This document shows, in pieces, positions 43,704 to 53,856 of a DNA stretch of 64,000 nt. Source of the DNA: an uncultured Nitrospira sp. (GTDB lineage Bacteria; Nitrospirota; Nitrospiria; Nitrospirales; Nitrospiraceae); contig CAYXKP010000001.1 of the NCBI GenBank assembly GCA_964465695.1, positions 4,714 to 68,713 on the forward strand, read 5' to 3'. Numbering within the stretch: position 1 is the first letter of the stretch; each line of letters begins with the position of its first letter. The notes beneath the pieces are model-generated. The model saw only the letters and a list, made by a program, of their open reading frames with translations, searched no databases and was not told the origin of the DNA. Both the position numbers and the translations under genes were made by a program.

Positions 43704-46700
43704 TTATATTGTCGGGACGGATCGCCGGCTCTCGGCATGTTCGGCGATATAGCGCTGAATGTGTGAGGATACCTCTTGGACGTGAGGTGACACCACAAGT
43801 TCTGCTGTTCGAAGGGCTGCCATATCTATGGTCTGGCAGCCGCGGCTTGCCAGTTCTCTCCATACATACCTGGTATCGTCGGGTTCGATTTGTTGCGCCG
43901 CCACGATGTTGAGAATGTGTCCCGGATAGGGACGCATCGTATACCGGGCGGCCGCATGGAACATCGCCTGTCGGACACGCTTGATCTGATGTTGCCTCAG
44001 CGCGGTTCCGTTCGGACGCCGAAGAACGGACATGAATGATTTATATTTTCGCCGTATGATCGACCACCGGTCTTTCATGCGGATGCGCCGGAGTTCGCCG
44101 ATGCTGTGCAGGATCGCCAAGAGTATTCCGAGCGGCAATGCGAGCCTTCTTCGTCGAGCGATATGATAGTGCTGGTGATACGAGCGCGGATGCCAGCTGT
44201 TTATTATGCAGAGGATGACCGATGCACCGTGAGCGGTCAATTGTTGCGCCACCTCATAGGCGACCAGCCCGCCGGTGCAGGCACCAACGATGACGTATGG
44301 TCCTTGGGGGAAGCATGTACGGATCTCACTCATATACTGTTGTGCCATCTCCGGCACCGAGCCGAATGGTGTCGCGTTGCCATCCAATCCACGCGCTTGC
44401 AGGCCGTACACCGGGTGGGTCTCGCTCAGCAGTCTTCCCAATTGAGCGAGCCATAACACATTGCCCATGACGCCCGGAACCAAAAAAATGGGAAGGGTCG
44501 ACCCGCTGGGCTGCATGGCGACCAGTGATTGCCAGGGCGAGGTCCAGTGCTCCTGTGTAAGAACCGACGTGAGACCGGCGATCGTCGGTGCCTGAAACAG
44601 GGTGGAAAGCGGAAGATGGCGGCCGTAGACCTGTTCAATCAGATAGAAAAGTTGAGCCGCTTTGAGCGAATGGCCCCCCAGATCGAAAAAGTTCTCGTGA
44701 ATCCCGATTTTGTCGATTCCGAACACCTGTTGCCACAAGGCCGCCATTTGTATTTCTATGCGATCGCGCGGCGCAACATACACAGCGTCGCTCGCAAGGA
44801 TGGATGTCGGAGCCGGTAACGCGTTCCTATCGACTTTATTATTGGCGGTCAACGGCATCGCCTTCAGAAAGACAAAAAGTGACGGAACCATATAATCTGG
44901 AATCTGCGATTGTAGAAACAAGCGAAGCTCCAGCTGGCTGGGAGCGGGCCCATCCTGGCAGACTACATACGCCACTAACTGTTTCACCCCTTGATGATCG
45001 GCTCGGGCCATGACCACGGCCTGCCGGACTGTTTGATGGCGGATGAGCGCGGTTTCGATCTCGCCCAATTCGATCCGGTACCCCCTGATTTTGACTTGGT
45101 GATCCAGCCGACCGAGATGCACGGTGCGACCATCCGGTCGATACCGCGCCAAATCTCCCGTGCGATACAGTTTTGAGAGAGGATTTGAGGAAAATGGGTG
45201 AGGCAGGAACCGCTCCTGAGTCAAGTCAGGCCGCCCTCGATAGCCTCGGGCTAACCCATGGCCTCCGATATAGAGCTCTCCGGCAACACCGATCGGAACC
45301 GGATGGAGGAATTGATCCAAGATGTACAGTTCTGTATTCGCAATCGGCCTTCCAATGGTGATCTCCCGATCACTCCGCTCGATTTTCTCGATCGTGGACC
45401 AAATCGTGGTTTCGGTCGGACCATACATATTCCACAAAGCGGTGCTGCGATCCAGCAAGGATGCGGCAAGGTCCGGGGGCAGGGCTTCCCCTCCGCACAG
45501 GACCGTCAAGTTCTGACTGCCTAGCCATCCAGCTTCGATCAACATTCGCCATGTCGCCGGCGTCGCTTGCATGATCGTCGGCTGAACCGCTTCACAGAGA
45601 GCCCGCAGTTGCCGTCCGTCCATTGCCACCGTTCGACCGGCGATCTCGACGCGGGCCCCGACCAATAACGGCACATATAATTCCAATCCGGCGATATCGA
45701 AGGACAGTGTCGTGACGGACAGCATGACATCTTGAGCGGAACATCCCGGTTGTTGTCGTATCGACCACAAGAAGTTCACCAGCGCTCGGTGCGGAATCTC
45801 CACACCTTTGGGCTGTCCCGTCGAGCCGGATGTGTACAAAATGTACGCCAAATCTTGAGGCGTGGCGGTCGGTGGGAGGTTATGGTGCGGCTCCTGAGCG
45901 ATCCGTTCTTGCTCTTGGCCGAGACACAGCCTGCGGCAGACCTGAGTATCAAACAGCTCGGCCAGGGGCTCGGATGTGAGTACGACGGTGAGCGAGGCGT
46001 TCTCCGACATAAACCGAAGTCGATCCCGCGGATAGTCAGGGTCCAGAGGCACGTAGGCCGCGCCGGTTTTAAGCACGGCCATCAGTGCAATGACCATCTC
46101 GAAGGATCGTTCCAGGCCGATACCCACGGCGGCCCCGGGTCGAGCGCCCAGCGTTTGGAGATAGCGTGCCAACTGATTGGCCTTGGCATTGAGCTCACCG
46201 TACCGCAGCGACTGACGTCCCATCGACAACGCCACGGCGTCAGGCGTCCGCTCGGCCTGTGCTTCAAACAGTTGTGGAAAACACTCGGACTCCGGATAGT
46301 CTCTGTTCGTAAGGTTCCAATCCTGCAACATCTGCCGGCGCTCCGGCGCCGTCAGTGTCGGGAGCTCGGACAGCTTGCTCTGAGGATTTGCCAAGGCGCT
46401 CTGAAGGAGAGTCTTATACTGCCCCAACATCCGTTCAGCCGTCTGCGGCTCGAAGAGATCGGTATTGAACGTCAAGTAGGCCTTTCGTGCAAACTCCGTC
46501 TCGATCGTCAAGCTCAAGTCGAATTGCGCTGCTTGGGTCTCCACCTCGAACGGCACCCAACTCAATCCTTGGACGGTAATCTCTCCGATGGGAGCGTTCG
46601 GGACATTGAAGAGGACCTGCACCAGCGGGGCGGAACTATGGTCGCGAGCGGAGTGCATCGTTTCGACCAACTTATCGAACGGGAAGTCCTGATTGGCGTA

Positions 46701-49700
46701 GGCCTCTAACGCCGTTTCGCGCACCTGTCCCATCAACTCGATGAATGTCGGATTGCCGGAGAGATCCGCACGCAAGACGAGTGTATTGACGAACGAGCCG
46801 ATGATCGACTCGATGGAGGATTGGGTTCGGTTGGCGATAGGAGTACCCACGGCGATGTCCGTTTGGCCGGAATAGCGATGCAAGAGAATCTGGAAACAGG
46901 CCAAGAGAGTCATGAACATCGTCGCATTGTGCTCTGCGCTGAACTGTTTCAGTCGCTCGATCAACGACGAGGGCAGCTCCAGCGTGCGATGTGACCCGTT
47001 GAACGTTTGCACCCCGGGCCGTGGATGATCGGTCGGCAACGACAGCTTGGAAAGCCCGGCCAACTTCTTCTGCCAATAATCCGATTGCGTGCGGAGCCAA
47101 TCATCGGTCAGGCTCCGACGCTGCCACACCGCATAGTCGGCATACTGAAGGCGGATCGGCTTCGGTGACGGAACGTCTCCTCGGCAAAATGCGTTGTAGA
47201 AAGACGCAAACTCTTGACCGATGATGCCGAACGACCATTGATCTCCGATGATGTGATGCATCGTGAGCACCAACACATGGTCCTCGGGCTCAATTGCAAT
47301 CAATAAGAATCGTGCCAGGGGGCCCTTTTCAAGATCGAACGGCTGGTTGGCTTCATGTTCTACGAGCCGAGCCGCTTGCTGTCGGCCCTGTTCGCGAGGC
47401 AGTTCCTGAAGATCCACTTCCACCCAATGAGGAGGGCGAAAAGGGTGGATGATTTGGACCGGTCCCTCTTCCTTCATCAGGAACGTCGTTCTAAACGCCT
47501 CATGGCGGCTACAGATGGCATCGATCGTATTCCGGAGGGCTGTCTTATCAAGTCGTCCCATCTGCCGGGAAGCAAACGGCATGTTATACGCCGTGCTTTG
47601 AGGAGCCAGGCGATGCATCAACCACATGCGTTGCTGAGAATAGGAAAGCGGAAGCGGCTGATCTCGGGGCACCGGAACGATGGGCGGCACGGAAGCCCGC
47701 TGTTCCCTCCGGCGTGACCGCGCCACTTCTTCCGCCAGCGACGCGATAGTCGGCCGCTCGAAAAGCGCTTGTAGCGGGATATCGACCTCAAAAAGCTCGC
47801 GTATCCGGGACACGAGCTGCGTCGCCAGCAGTGAGTGGCCTCCATGCTCGAAGAAGTGGTCGTGGATGCCCGCCTCAGGTACCTGAAGCAGGGATTTCCA
47901 CAGTTCAGCCAAGGCTTCTTCAACCTGATTTCTTGGGGCTATCCTGGCTGTGGTTCGACCAGTCGAGTCTTCCGGAGCGGGAAGGGCATGTCGATTCACT
48001 TTTCCGGCGGTACTGAGCGGCATCGAGTCGAGCCACAGGACGACGGACGGCACCATGTACTGCGGCAGCCGAGCGGCGAGATGGCTGCGCACCTGTTCGA
48101 GTCTATTTTTGACCGACGACTCGCCGGCAACATACCCGATCAAACGGTGCTGACCGGGCGCATCTTCTCGAAGCAGCACCGCCGCGTGATGCACGCCCTG
48201 GAAATTACTCAATACATATTCGATTTCTCCCAGCTCGATCCGATATCCGCGCAGTTTGACCTGCTGGTCCATCCGCCCAAGGAACTCCACATTGCCGTCG
48301 CCCCGATACCGAGCCTGATCACCGGTCCGATACAGTCTGGTGCCGGGTACGTAGGGATTCGGGGGAAATCGCTCATGAGTCAACTGCGGCTGGTTGACAT
48401 AGCCGCGCGCCAGACACTTTCCCCCGATGTAGAGTTCTCCCGGTACACCGATAGGCATCGGCTGGAGATTAGGATCCAGCACGTAGAGTTGCATATGCGG
48501 GATGGGTTTGCCGATGGGTACGCGGGCCCCGTTTTCCTCACGAGTCGTTTGATACAGGCTGCACCACACCGTGGCTTCCGTCGGTCCATATTCGTTGCAC
48601 AGTGCGGCATGGGGCAGCAGCTGGTAATGTCGTCGCACGAGTTCAAGTGGGAGGCTTTCCCCGGCCGTAATGACGACGCGAAGCGATTCGAGCTGGGCTT
48701 GTAACGCCTCACCGAGCACGGCATGGTACAAAGACGGTACCCACACGATGTGTGAGATGCGATGATGCTCGATGAGCGAAGCTAGCTCCGTTGGGTCACG
48801 ATGGGCCGTCTCTGATGGGATGACCAACTCCCCTCCCTGCAGTAGGGTCCAGAATATGCCCGTCACAGATCCATCAAAGGCCAGAGAGAAGGTGAGCAAG
48901 AATCGGGAGACCGGTTCCGGATAGGACTGAAGTCTGGCATGAAAAGAAGTCACCACACTACCGTGGGTCACGGCCACACCCTTGGGCCGCCCTGTCGACC
49001 CCGACGTGTATATGATGTAAGCGAGCTGATCAGGGGAAACGGGAAGCGCCAGGTTGTCATCCTCCGCTCCGCTTCCGGTGGGCCTGTACAGGGTCTCCAC
49101 GTCACAGATTTGGCCGCCGTAGCCCTTTAAATGGTCCCGGAGGTGCGTCTGTGTGACCACGATGGACACTTGCGCGTCTTCCAACATGAGCTGGAGGCGG
49201 TGAGCCGGGAAGGACGGATCCAGGGGAACATAACCGCCACCGGCTTTGAGAATACTCAAGAGACCCACAAGAGCATCGACGGAGCGCTCAACACAGAGAC
49301 CCACCGGGAGATCTGCATCGACCCCTAATTTCCGTAGCGCGCGAGCGGCTCGATTCGCTCGTCGATTGAGCTCTTGGTAGCTGATGGACTGGTCGCCACA
49401 CGTGACAGCGAGCGCATGGGGAGTCCGCTCAACCTGCGCCTCGATGAGTGCATGGATGCCGGAAGCTTGAGGAGGTGGCTCCTTCCACGTCAGTTGAATG
49501 TTCCGTCTGTCCTCGGCGGTCAGCAATGAAAGTTGGTCAAGACGGGCCTCGGGTCTTTTGAGAAAGTCTTCCAGAAGGATCTCGAGCTGTCCCAACATGC
49601 GGTCGATCGTCGAGTCGTCGAAAATCGTCGCGTCATGAAGAAACGCCAAGTCCAAGCCGTCCACTTTGTTGACCACCATCAACACGAGGTCGAACTCAGA

Positions 49701-52700
49701 CGCCGTCGGCTCCCAGGGGAGATGAGCCACCTCAAGATTCCTGACGGTGAATGCAGACAAAGGATCGTCTTCCCACACCATCATCACGTTGAACAGGGGG
49801 GACAGCAGACGCGCTCGCTGTAACGACAGCGCCTCGATCACTTCTTCGAACGGGAGGTCCTGATGGTCATAGGCGTCCACCACCACCTGGCGTACTTGCT
49901 GCAAGAGCCCGTGTCCTGTCAGCCCGTCCGATAGCTTGGACCGCAACGCCACCGTATTCACGCAATAGCCCATCACGTTTTCGAGCTCTTTCCGCCGCCT
50001 GCCCGCCACGATCGACCCGATCACCAGATCCGTCTCTTGAGTGTAGCGATGCAGCCACGTGGCGAAGACGGCGTACAGCACCATGAACGCCGTGACGTTC
50101 CAGCGTTGACAGAAACGATCCAGGCCGGCCGAAAGTTCCGGAGGAAGCGGTCGTGACCGCACGCCTCCCTCGAACGTGCGTGCCCGCGGCCGCTGACGAT
50201 CGATAGGTAATTCAGCGGGAGGGCGCGCGCCGCTCAACTGTCTGGTCCAATAGGTTTGATGGACTTCACGAAGGCCTTGGTTCAGTCTGGTCCTCTGCCA
50301 ATCGGCATAGTCCGCATACTGGACCGTCAACGTGGGAAGTCCAGCCTTTCGAGCATCACCATCGGCCTTCCATAGAAGAGCCAATTCCTTCCAGAAGACA
50401 CGGATAGACCACCCGTCGGCGATGAGACGGTGGAATGTCAGCGTCAAGACATGTACATCCTGTTCGAGCGTCAGCAGGGTAAGTCTGAATAGTGGTCCTT
50501 GACGTAAGTCGAACGGTCGGCTACTCTCCGCCCGTAGGAATTGCTGCATCTGAAGGCCTTGCTCTGCTGCGGTCAATGCTTGCAAATCTCGCCGGCCGAT
50601 CGTACCGATCACCTTATCTGATATTTCAGCGAATCCCTCCCCTCGCTCCGATCCGAAACGGGTTCGAAGAATCTGGTGGCGACGGGCAATTTCCCGCACC
50701 GAGCGCTCCAATACCTCGGGATTGACGGATCCCCGTAGACGTACCGCCATGGAAATATGGTTGATGGCGCTTCCAGGATGGACCTGCTCCAAGAACCACA
50801 GGCGTTGCTGCGAAGGACTGAGTGGAATCTTGCCTTGCCTGATGGATATCGAAGGAATCGGAACGGGTTGTATCCGTGTCCTGCCGTCACCGCCTGCGTT
50901 TCCATCTTTGTCCGCGGCTCGGTCCCCGCCATCCGGACCGGTGGTCAGTTCGCCGATCCGGGCGGCCAGTGCGGACAATGTCGGAGACTCGAACAGCGTA
51001 CTGAGAGGGAGCTCAACGTGAAATACGTCGAGAATGTGCGCAACGACCTGCGCTGCAAGGAGCGAATTGCCTCCAAGTGCGAAGAAGTTCGCATGGCGAT
51101 GCGGATGGGGTTCTCCCAGCACCTCTTGCCAGATATCGGCCAGCTGTTTCTCGATAGCGGTTTGTGGAGGCTCGCGGAGCAACTCATCGGATTCTTCCAG
51201 CTCCAGCGTGCTCGCCGCGACGACGGCGAGTTGGCCGGACTCAAAGGCGGCTTTGCAGGCGCTCCGCTGAATCTTTCCGCTGGAGGTCCGCGGGATCGTG
51301 CCGGGCTTGATCAATACCACACTATGGAGTTCGAGCTCATATTCGTCGGCCAACGCGCGACGGATGGCACCCACGACTTCCGCAAAATCGGATTCAGACA
51401 CCTGCTTGTCTATCTCATGGACCAGCACCACCAACTCGCCGGTTTTGCCCTCCACGGAAAAGGCCGCCCCGTATCCCCGCCGCAGACCGGGATGCGCCTG
51501 TTGGGCCGTCCACTCCAGATCATGGGGATAGTAGTTCCGCCCTCGCACGATGATCAGATCTTTGAGACGTCCCGTCAGGAACAGTTCACCGCGGTGGAGG
51601 AATCCCAGATCGCCGGTCCGCAAATAGGGACCCTCTCCTGACACCGCGAGAGCGGCGTGAAACACGGCGTTGGTTTCCTCCGGTTTGCCCCAGTATCCGG
51701 CGCCGATTCCAGCTCCGGCCAGCCACACTTCCCCGACAACGCCCGGCGGGCATTCGCCGAGCGTCGTAGGATTCACAATGCGGACACGCGTCTCATCGAG
51801 AGGCTCTCCGCATCCGACTAAGGTACGCGTTCCACGTTGAGATGCGGCGAACTCTTTGACGATCGAGTCGGCCAACGCATCGGCCTCCACGTGCAAGAAG
51901 GTGGGATCCGCGTCGGCGCGCTTCATCGTCACTAATAGTGTGGCTTCCGCAAGACCGTATCCCGGGACAAACGCCGTTCGCCGAAAACCATGTGCGCCAA
52001 AGGTGTAGATGAACTGCACAACCGTGTCCGGATGAATGGGTTCGGCACCGCAACTGGCGACCACCCACCTGCTTAAGTCAGCCCGCCATTCGCTCTGTTG
52101 CCGCACGGCTCTGAGGCAAGCCTCATAGCAGAAATTCGGTCCCCCGCTGTGGGTGATCGCAAATCGAGACACCGCTTCAAGCCAACGTAATGGCCGCCGG
52201 AGAAACGTGACGGGAGACATCAGATAGGCGGGGATACCGGCATAGAACGGAGCAATAATGCCGTGCACCAACCCATAGTCATGGAAATAGGGCAACCAGC
52301 AGAGCGACCGGCTGTGGCGCGACACCATCCCGGCCATACTCAAAGCTCGGCAGTGAGATAGCACGTTGCCATGGCCGATCATGACGCCGCGAGGGGTCGC
52401 CGTCGACCCAGAGGTGTATTGCAGGTAAGCAAGAGCGCTGCTGTGAGGCCGTGGCAATTCGGCCGATTCGAAGGAATCGCCAAGTTCATCCGTCGCCATC
52501 CAATTGATCTGCCCCGCCTCCTTGACGCTGAGCTCTGAAGAGAGAGCCGCCACACTTGAAGTCGTAAGTACCAGCGATACGCGAGCATCCTCGATGATGC
52601 CGCGCAACCTGATCAGACCGGATTTTCCTTTGATGGGATCGGGCGCGGGAGCCGGAACGGGCACGAGGCCGGCACAGGCACATGCCCAGAAAGCACATGC

Positions 52701-52934
52701 GGCATCGAGTCCCTGTGGATAGAGCAAGAGGGCTTTGGCTCCTGCCGGGACCTCGCGCGAAAGACGGCGGGCAAGCGAATTCACCCTCTGTTCAAGCTGG
52801 CCGTAGGTGAGCCGGCGCTCAATTTCCAGGTTATCGCGAACCAAGGCGTAGGCAAGGTCCTCCGGCTGCTGCCGGCATCGAAGCACGAAGAGATCGAATA
52901 AGTTGGGAATAGCCGGAGGAGGAAGTGCAGACAT
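43704..52934 (-). CDS. 3076-aa nonribosomal peptide synthetase: FAAL - T - C - A - T - C - A(Gly-like) - T - TE-like
   Basis: N-terminal fatty acyl-AMP ligase (LQYTSGSTATPRGV, WLPYFHDYGL). Three carrier domains (GGNSL, GGHSL, GGHSL). Two C domains (HRLIADG, HHIIGDQ). Two A domains (SGSTGRPKG / SGSTGQPKG ... GKVNR / NKVDR). C-terminal alpha/beta-hydrolase domain with GACTG. Confidence 0.95.
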   Translation of the reverse strand: MSALPPPAIPNLFDLFVLRCRQQPEDLAYALVRDNLEIERRLTYGQLEQRVNSLARRLSREVPAGAKALLLYPQGLDAACAFWACACAGLVPVPAPAPDPIKGKSGLIRLRGIIEDARVSLVLTTSSVAALSSELSVKEAGQINWMATDELGDSFESAELPRPHSSALAYLQYTSGSTATPRGVMIGHGNVLSHCRALSMAGMVSRHSRSLCWLPYFHDYGLVHGIIAPFYAGIPAYLMSPVTFLRRPLRWLEAVSRFAITHSGGPNFCYEACLRAVRQQSEWRADLSRWVVASCGAEPIHPDTVVQFIYTFGAHGFRRTAFVPGYGLAEATLLVTMKRADADPTFLHVEADALADSIVKEFAASQRGTRTLVGCGEPLDETRVRIVNPTTLGECPPGVVGEVWLAGAGIGAGYWGKPEETNAVFHAALAVSGEGPYLRTGDLGFLHRGELFLTGRLKDLIIVRGRNYYPHDLEWTAQQAHPGLRRGYGAAFSVEGKTGELVVLVHEIDKQVSESDFAEVVGAIRRALADEYELELHSVVLIKPGTIPRTSSGKIQRSACKAAFESGQLAVVAASTLELEESDELLREPPQTAIEKQLADIWQEVLGEPHPHRHANFFALGGNSLLAAQVVAHILDVFHVELPLSTLFESPTLSALAARIGELTTGPDGGDRAADKDGNAGGDGRTRIQPVPIPSISIRQGKIPLSPSQQRLWFLEQVHPGSAINHISMAVRLRGSVNPEVLERSVREIARRHQILRTRFGSERGEGFAEISDKVIGTIGRRDLQALTAAEQGLQMQQFLRAESSRPFDLRQGPLFRLTLLTLEQDVHVLTLTFHRLIADGWSIRVFWKELALLWKADGDARKAGLPTLTVQYADYADWQRTRLNQGLREVHQTYWTRQLSGARPPAELPIDRQRPRARTFEGGVRSRPLPPELSAGLDRFCQRWNVTAFMVLYAVFATWLHRYTQETDLVIGSIVAGRRRKELENVMGYCVNTVALRSKLSDGLTGHGLLQQVRQVVVDAYDHQDLPFEEVIEALSLQRARLLSPLFNVMMVWEDDPLSAFTVRNLEVAHLPWEPTASEFDLVLMVVNKVDGLDLAFLHDATIFDDSTIDRMLGQLEILLEDFLKRPEARLDQLSLLTAEDRRNIQLTWKEPPPQASGIHALIEAQVERTPHALAVTCGDQSISYQELNRRANRAARALRKLGVDADLPVGLCVERSVDALVGLLSILKAGGGYVPLDPSFPAHRLQLMLEDAQVSIVVTQTHLRDHLKGYGGQICDVETLYRPTGSGAEDDNLALPVSPDQLAYIIYTSGSTGRPKGVAVTHGSVVTSFHARLQSYPEPVSRFLLTFSLAFDGSVTGIFWTLLQGGELVIPSETAHRDPTELASLIEHHRISHIVWVPSLYHAVLGEALQAQLESLRVVITAGESLPLELVRRHYQLLPHAALCNEYGPTEATVWCSLYQTTREENGARVPIGKPIPHMQLYVLDPNLQPMPIGVPGELYIGGKCLARGYVNQPQLTHERFPPNPYVPGTRLYRTGDQARYRGDGNVEFLGRMDQQVKLRGYRIELGEIEYVLSNFQGVHHAAVLLREDAPGQHRLIGYVAGESSVKNRLEQVRSHLAARLPQYMVPSVVLWLDSMPLSTAGKVNRHALPAPEDSTGRTTARIAPRNQVEEALAELWKSLLQVPEAGIHDHFFEHGGHSLLATQLVSRIRELFEVDIPLQALFERPTIASLAEEVARSRRREQRASVPPIVPVPRDQPLPLSYSQQRMWLMHRLAPQSTAYNMPFASRQMGRLDKTALRNTIDAICSRHEAFRTTFLMKEEGPVQIIHPFRPPHWVEVDLQELPREQGRQQAARLVEHEANQPFDLEKGPLARFLLIAIEPEDHVLVLTMHHIIGDQWSFGIIGQEFASFYNAFCRGDVPSPKPIRLQYADYAVWQRRSLTDDWLRTQSDYWQKKLAGLSKLSLPTDHPRPGVQTFNGSHRTLELPSSLIERLKQFSAEHNATMFMTLLACFQILLHRYSGQTDIAVGTPIANRTQSSIESIIGSFVNTLVLRADLSGNPTFIELMGQVRETALEAYANQDFPFDKLVETMHSARDHSSAPLVQVLFNVPNAPIGEITVQGLSWVPFEVETQAAQFDLSLTIETEFARKAYLTFNTDLFEPQTAERMLGQYKTLLQSALANPQSKLSELPTLTAPERRQMLQDWNLTNRDYPESECFPQLFEAQAERTPDAVALSMGRQSLRYGELNAKANQLARYLQTLGARPGAAVGIGLERSFEMVIALMAVLKTGAAYVPLDPDYPRDRLRFMSENASLTVVLTSEPLAELFDTQVCRRLCLGQEQERIAQEPHHNLPPTATPQDLAYILYTSGSTGQPKGVEIPHRALVNFLWSIRQQPGCSAQDVMLSVTTLSFDIAGLELYVPLLVGARVEIAGRTVAMDGRQLRALCEAVQPTIMQATPATWRMLIEAGWLGSQNLTVLCGGEALPPDLAASLLDRSTALWNMYGPTETTIWSTIEKIERSDREITIGRPIANTELYILDQFLHPVPIGVAGELYIGGHGLARGYRGRPDLTQERFLPHPFSSNPLSKLYRTGDLARYRPDGRTVHLGRLDHQVKIRGYRIELGEIETALIRHQTVRQAVVMARADHQGVKQLVAYVVCQDGPAPSQLELRLFLQSQIPDYMVPSLFVFLKAMPLTANNKVDRNALPAPTSILASDAVYVAPRDRIEIQMAALWQQVFGIDKIGIHENFFDLGGHSLKAAQLFYLIEQVYGRHLPLSTLFQAPTIAGLTSVLTQEHWTSPWQSLVAMQPSGSTLPIFLVPGVMGNVLWLAQLGRLLSETHPVYGLQARGLDGNATPFGSVPEMAQQYMSEIRTCFPQGPYVIVGACTGGLVAYEVAQQLTAHGASVILCIINSWHPRSYHQHYHIARRRRLALPLGILLAILHSIGELRRIRMKDRWSIIRRKYKSFMSVLRRPNGTALRQHQIKRVRQAMFHAAARYTMRPYPGHILNIVAAQQIEPDDTRYVWRELASRGCQTIDMAALRTAELVVSPHVQEVSSHIQRYIAEHAESRRSVPTI

Positions 52935-53379
52935 GGACGCGAGACACCCCGAGAGCTTCGATTCGGATCTACTTGACTGCTGGCCGCTATCCGGTCACCG
53001 ATGACTAGAGTAGTGTGCTTGATAACAAATTCAAAGAATTTATCGGTTTCAAACCGGGAAGTAATTCCTCTTGAACGTTTGGCGCGCGATTGAAGCAGCG
53101 TCTTTCTCTTGTGAGAATTGGTGCTGAGGGAAAGAGCAAGAAGTCTCGGGGGATGCTGTTAGCCGTTTGCACTAACTTCTCCGCACAGTGAAGGACTGTA
53201 GCCTTCTGCATCATCAGGGTGAAGAAGCTCTGGGGTATTTTACGTCATTTGTTCATTATCCCAGGCGCGCGATTGTAACAAAACCCCTTAAGCCATTGAC
53301 AGGTATAGACAAATATCCCTCTGGGCGCTGAAGGTTATGGCACACTGCTCGCACTGGATGACGCAGTAAGGAGATGAAG

Positions 53380-53769
53380 ATGCATATGATCGAAGGAAGG
53401 GCGGTATTGTACGCGCTACTGATGGGTTTGTCAGGATTGGGGTTCAGTAATATCGGAGTAAAAGATCTCACCGAATTCACAAAGGGCGGCGATCCGGTCA
53501 GTGGACGAGAAATATATGTGAATACCTGCATGCGATGCCATGGAATCGACGGCAAAGGCGCGCTCGGAATCAAACTTGTTCCGCCTCCGGCCGACCTCAC
53601 TTCGGCTGTCGTCCAAAAGCGCCTCGACGGCACATTGTTTCGTCGCATCCATGAAGGCAAGCCGAATACCGCCATGGGTGCGTGGAAACACAGTCTCTCT
53701 GATGAAGAGATTTGGGATGTTTTGGCCTATGTGCGCACACTCGGCGCTGAGTCGGGTGAACAACCATGA
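53380..53769 (+). CDS. Monoheme c-type cytochrome
   Basis: Signal-like N-terminus, CMRCHGIDGKG heme motif, distal Met region (NTAMGAW). ATG53380 is better spaced from the SD aaggag than ATG53374. Confidence 0.8.
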   Translation: MHMIEGRAVLYALLMGLSGLGFSNIGVKDLTEFTKGGDPVSGREIYVNTCMRCHGIDGKGALGIKLVPPPADLTSAVVQKRLDGTLFRRIHEGKPNTAMGAWKHSLSDEEIWDVLAYVRTLGAESGEQP

Positions 53770-53856
53770 AGATGAATCCTGCGGGCCTGCACCGTCTCTT
53801 ACTCCCGTAAGGGCGGATCAACGACGCGGACTTGTAGAAAAAGAGAGGTCCAATTC

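Noticed and set aside
53005-53214. 69-aa minus-strand ORF in the NRPS upstream region
   Set aside because: It lies in an AT-richer promoter-like region and has no SD or motif.
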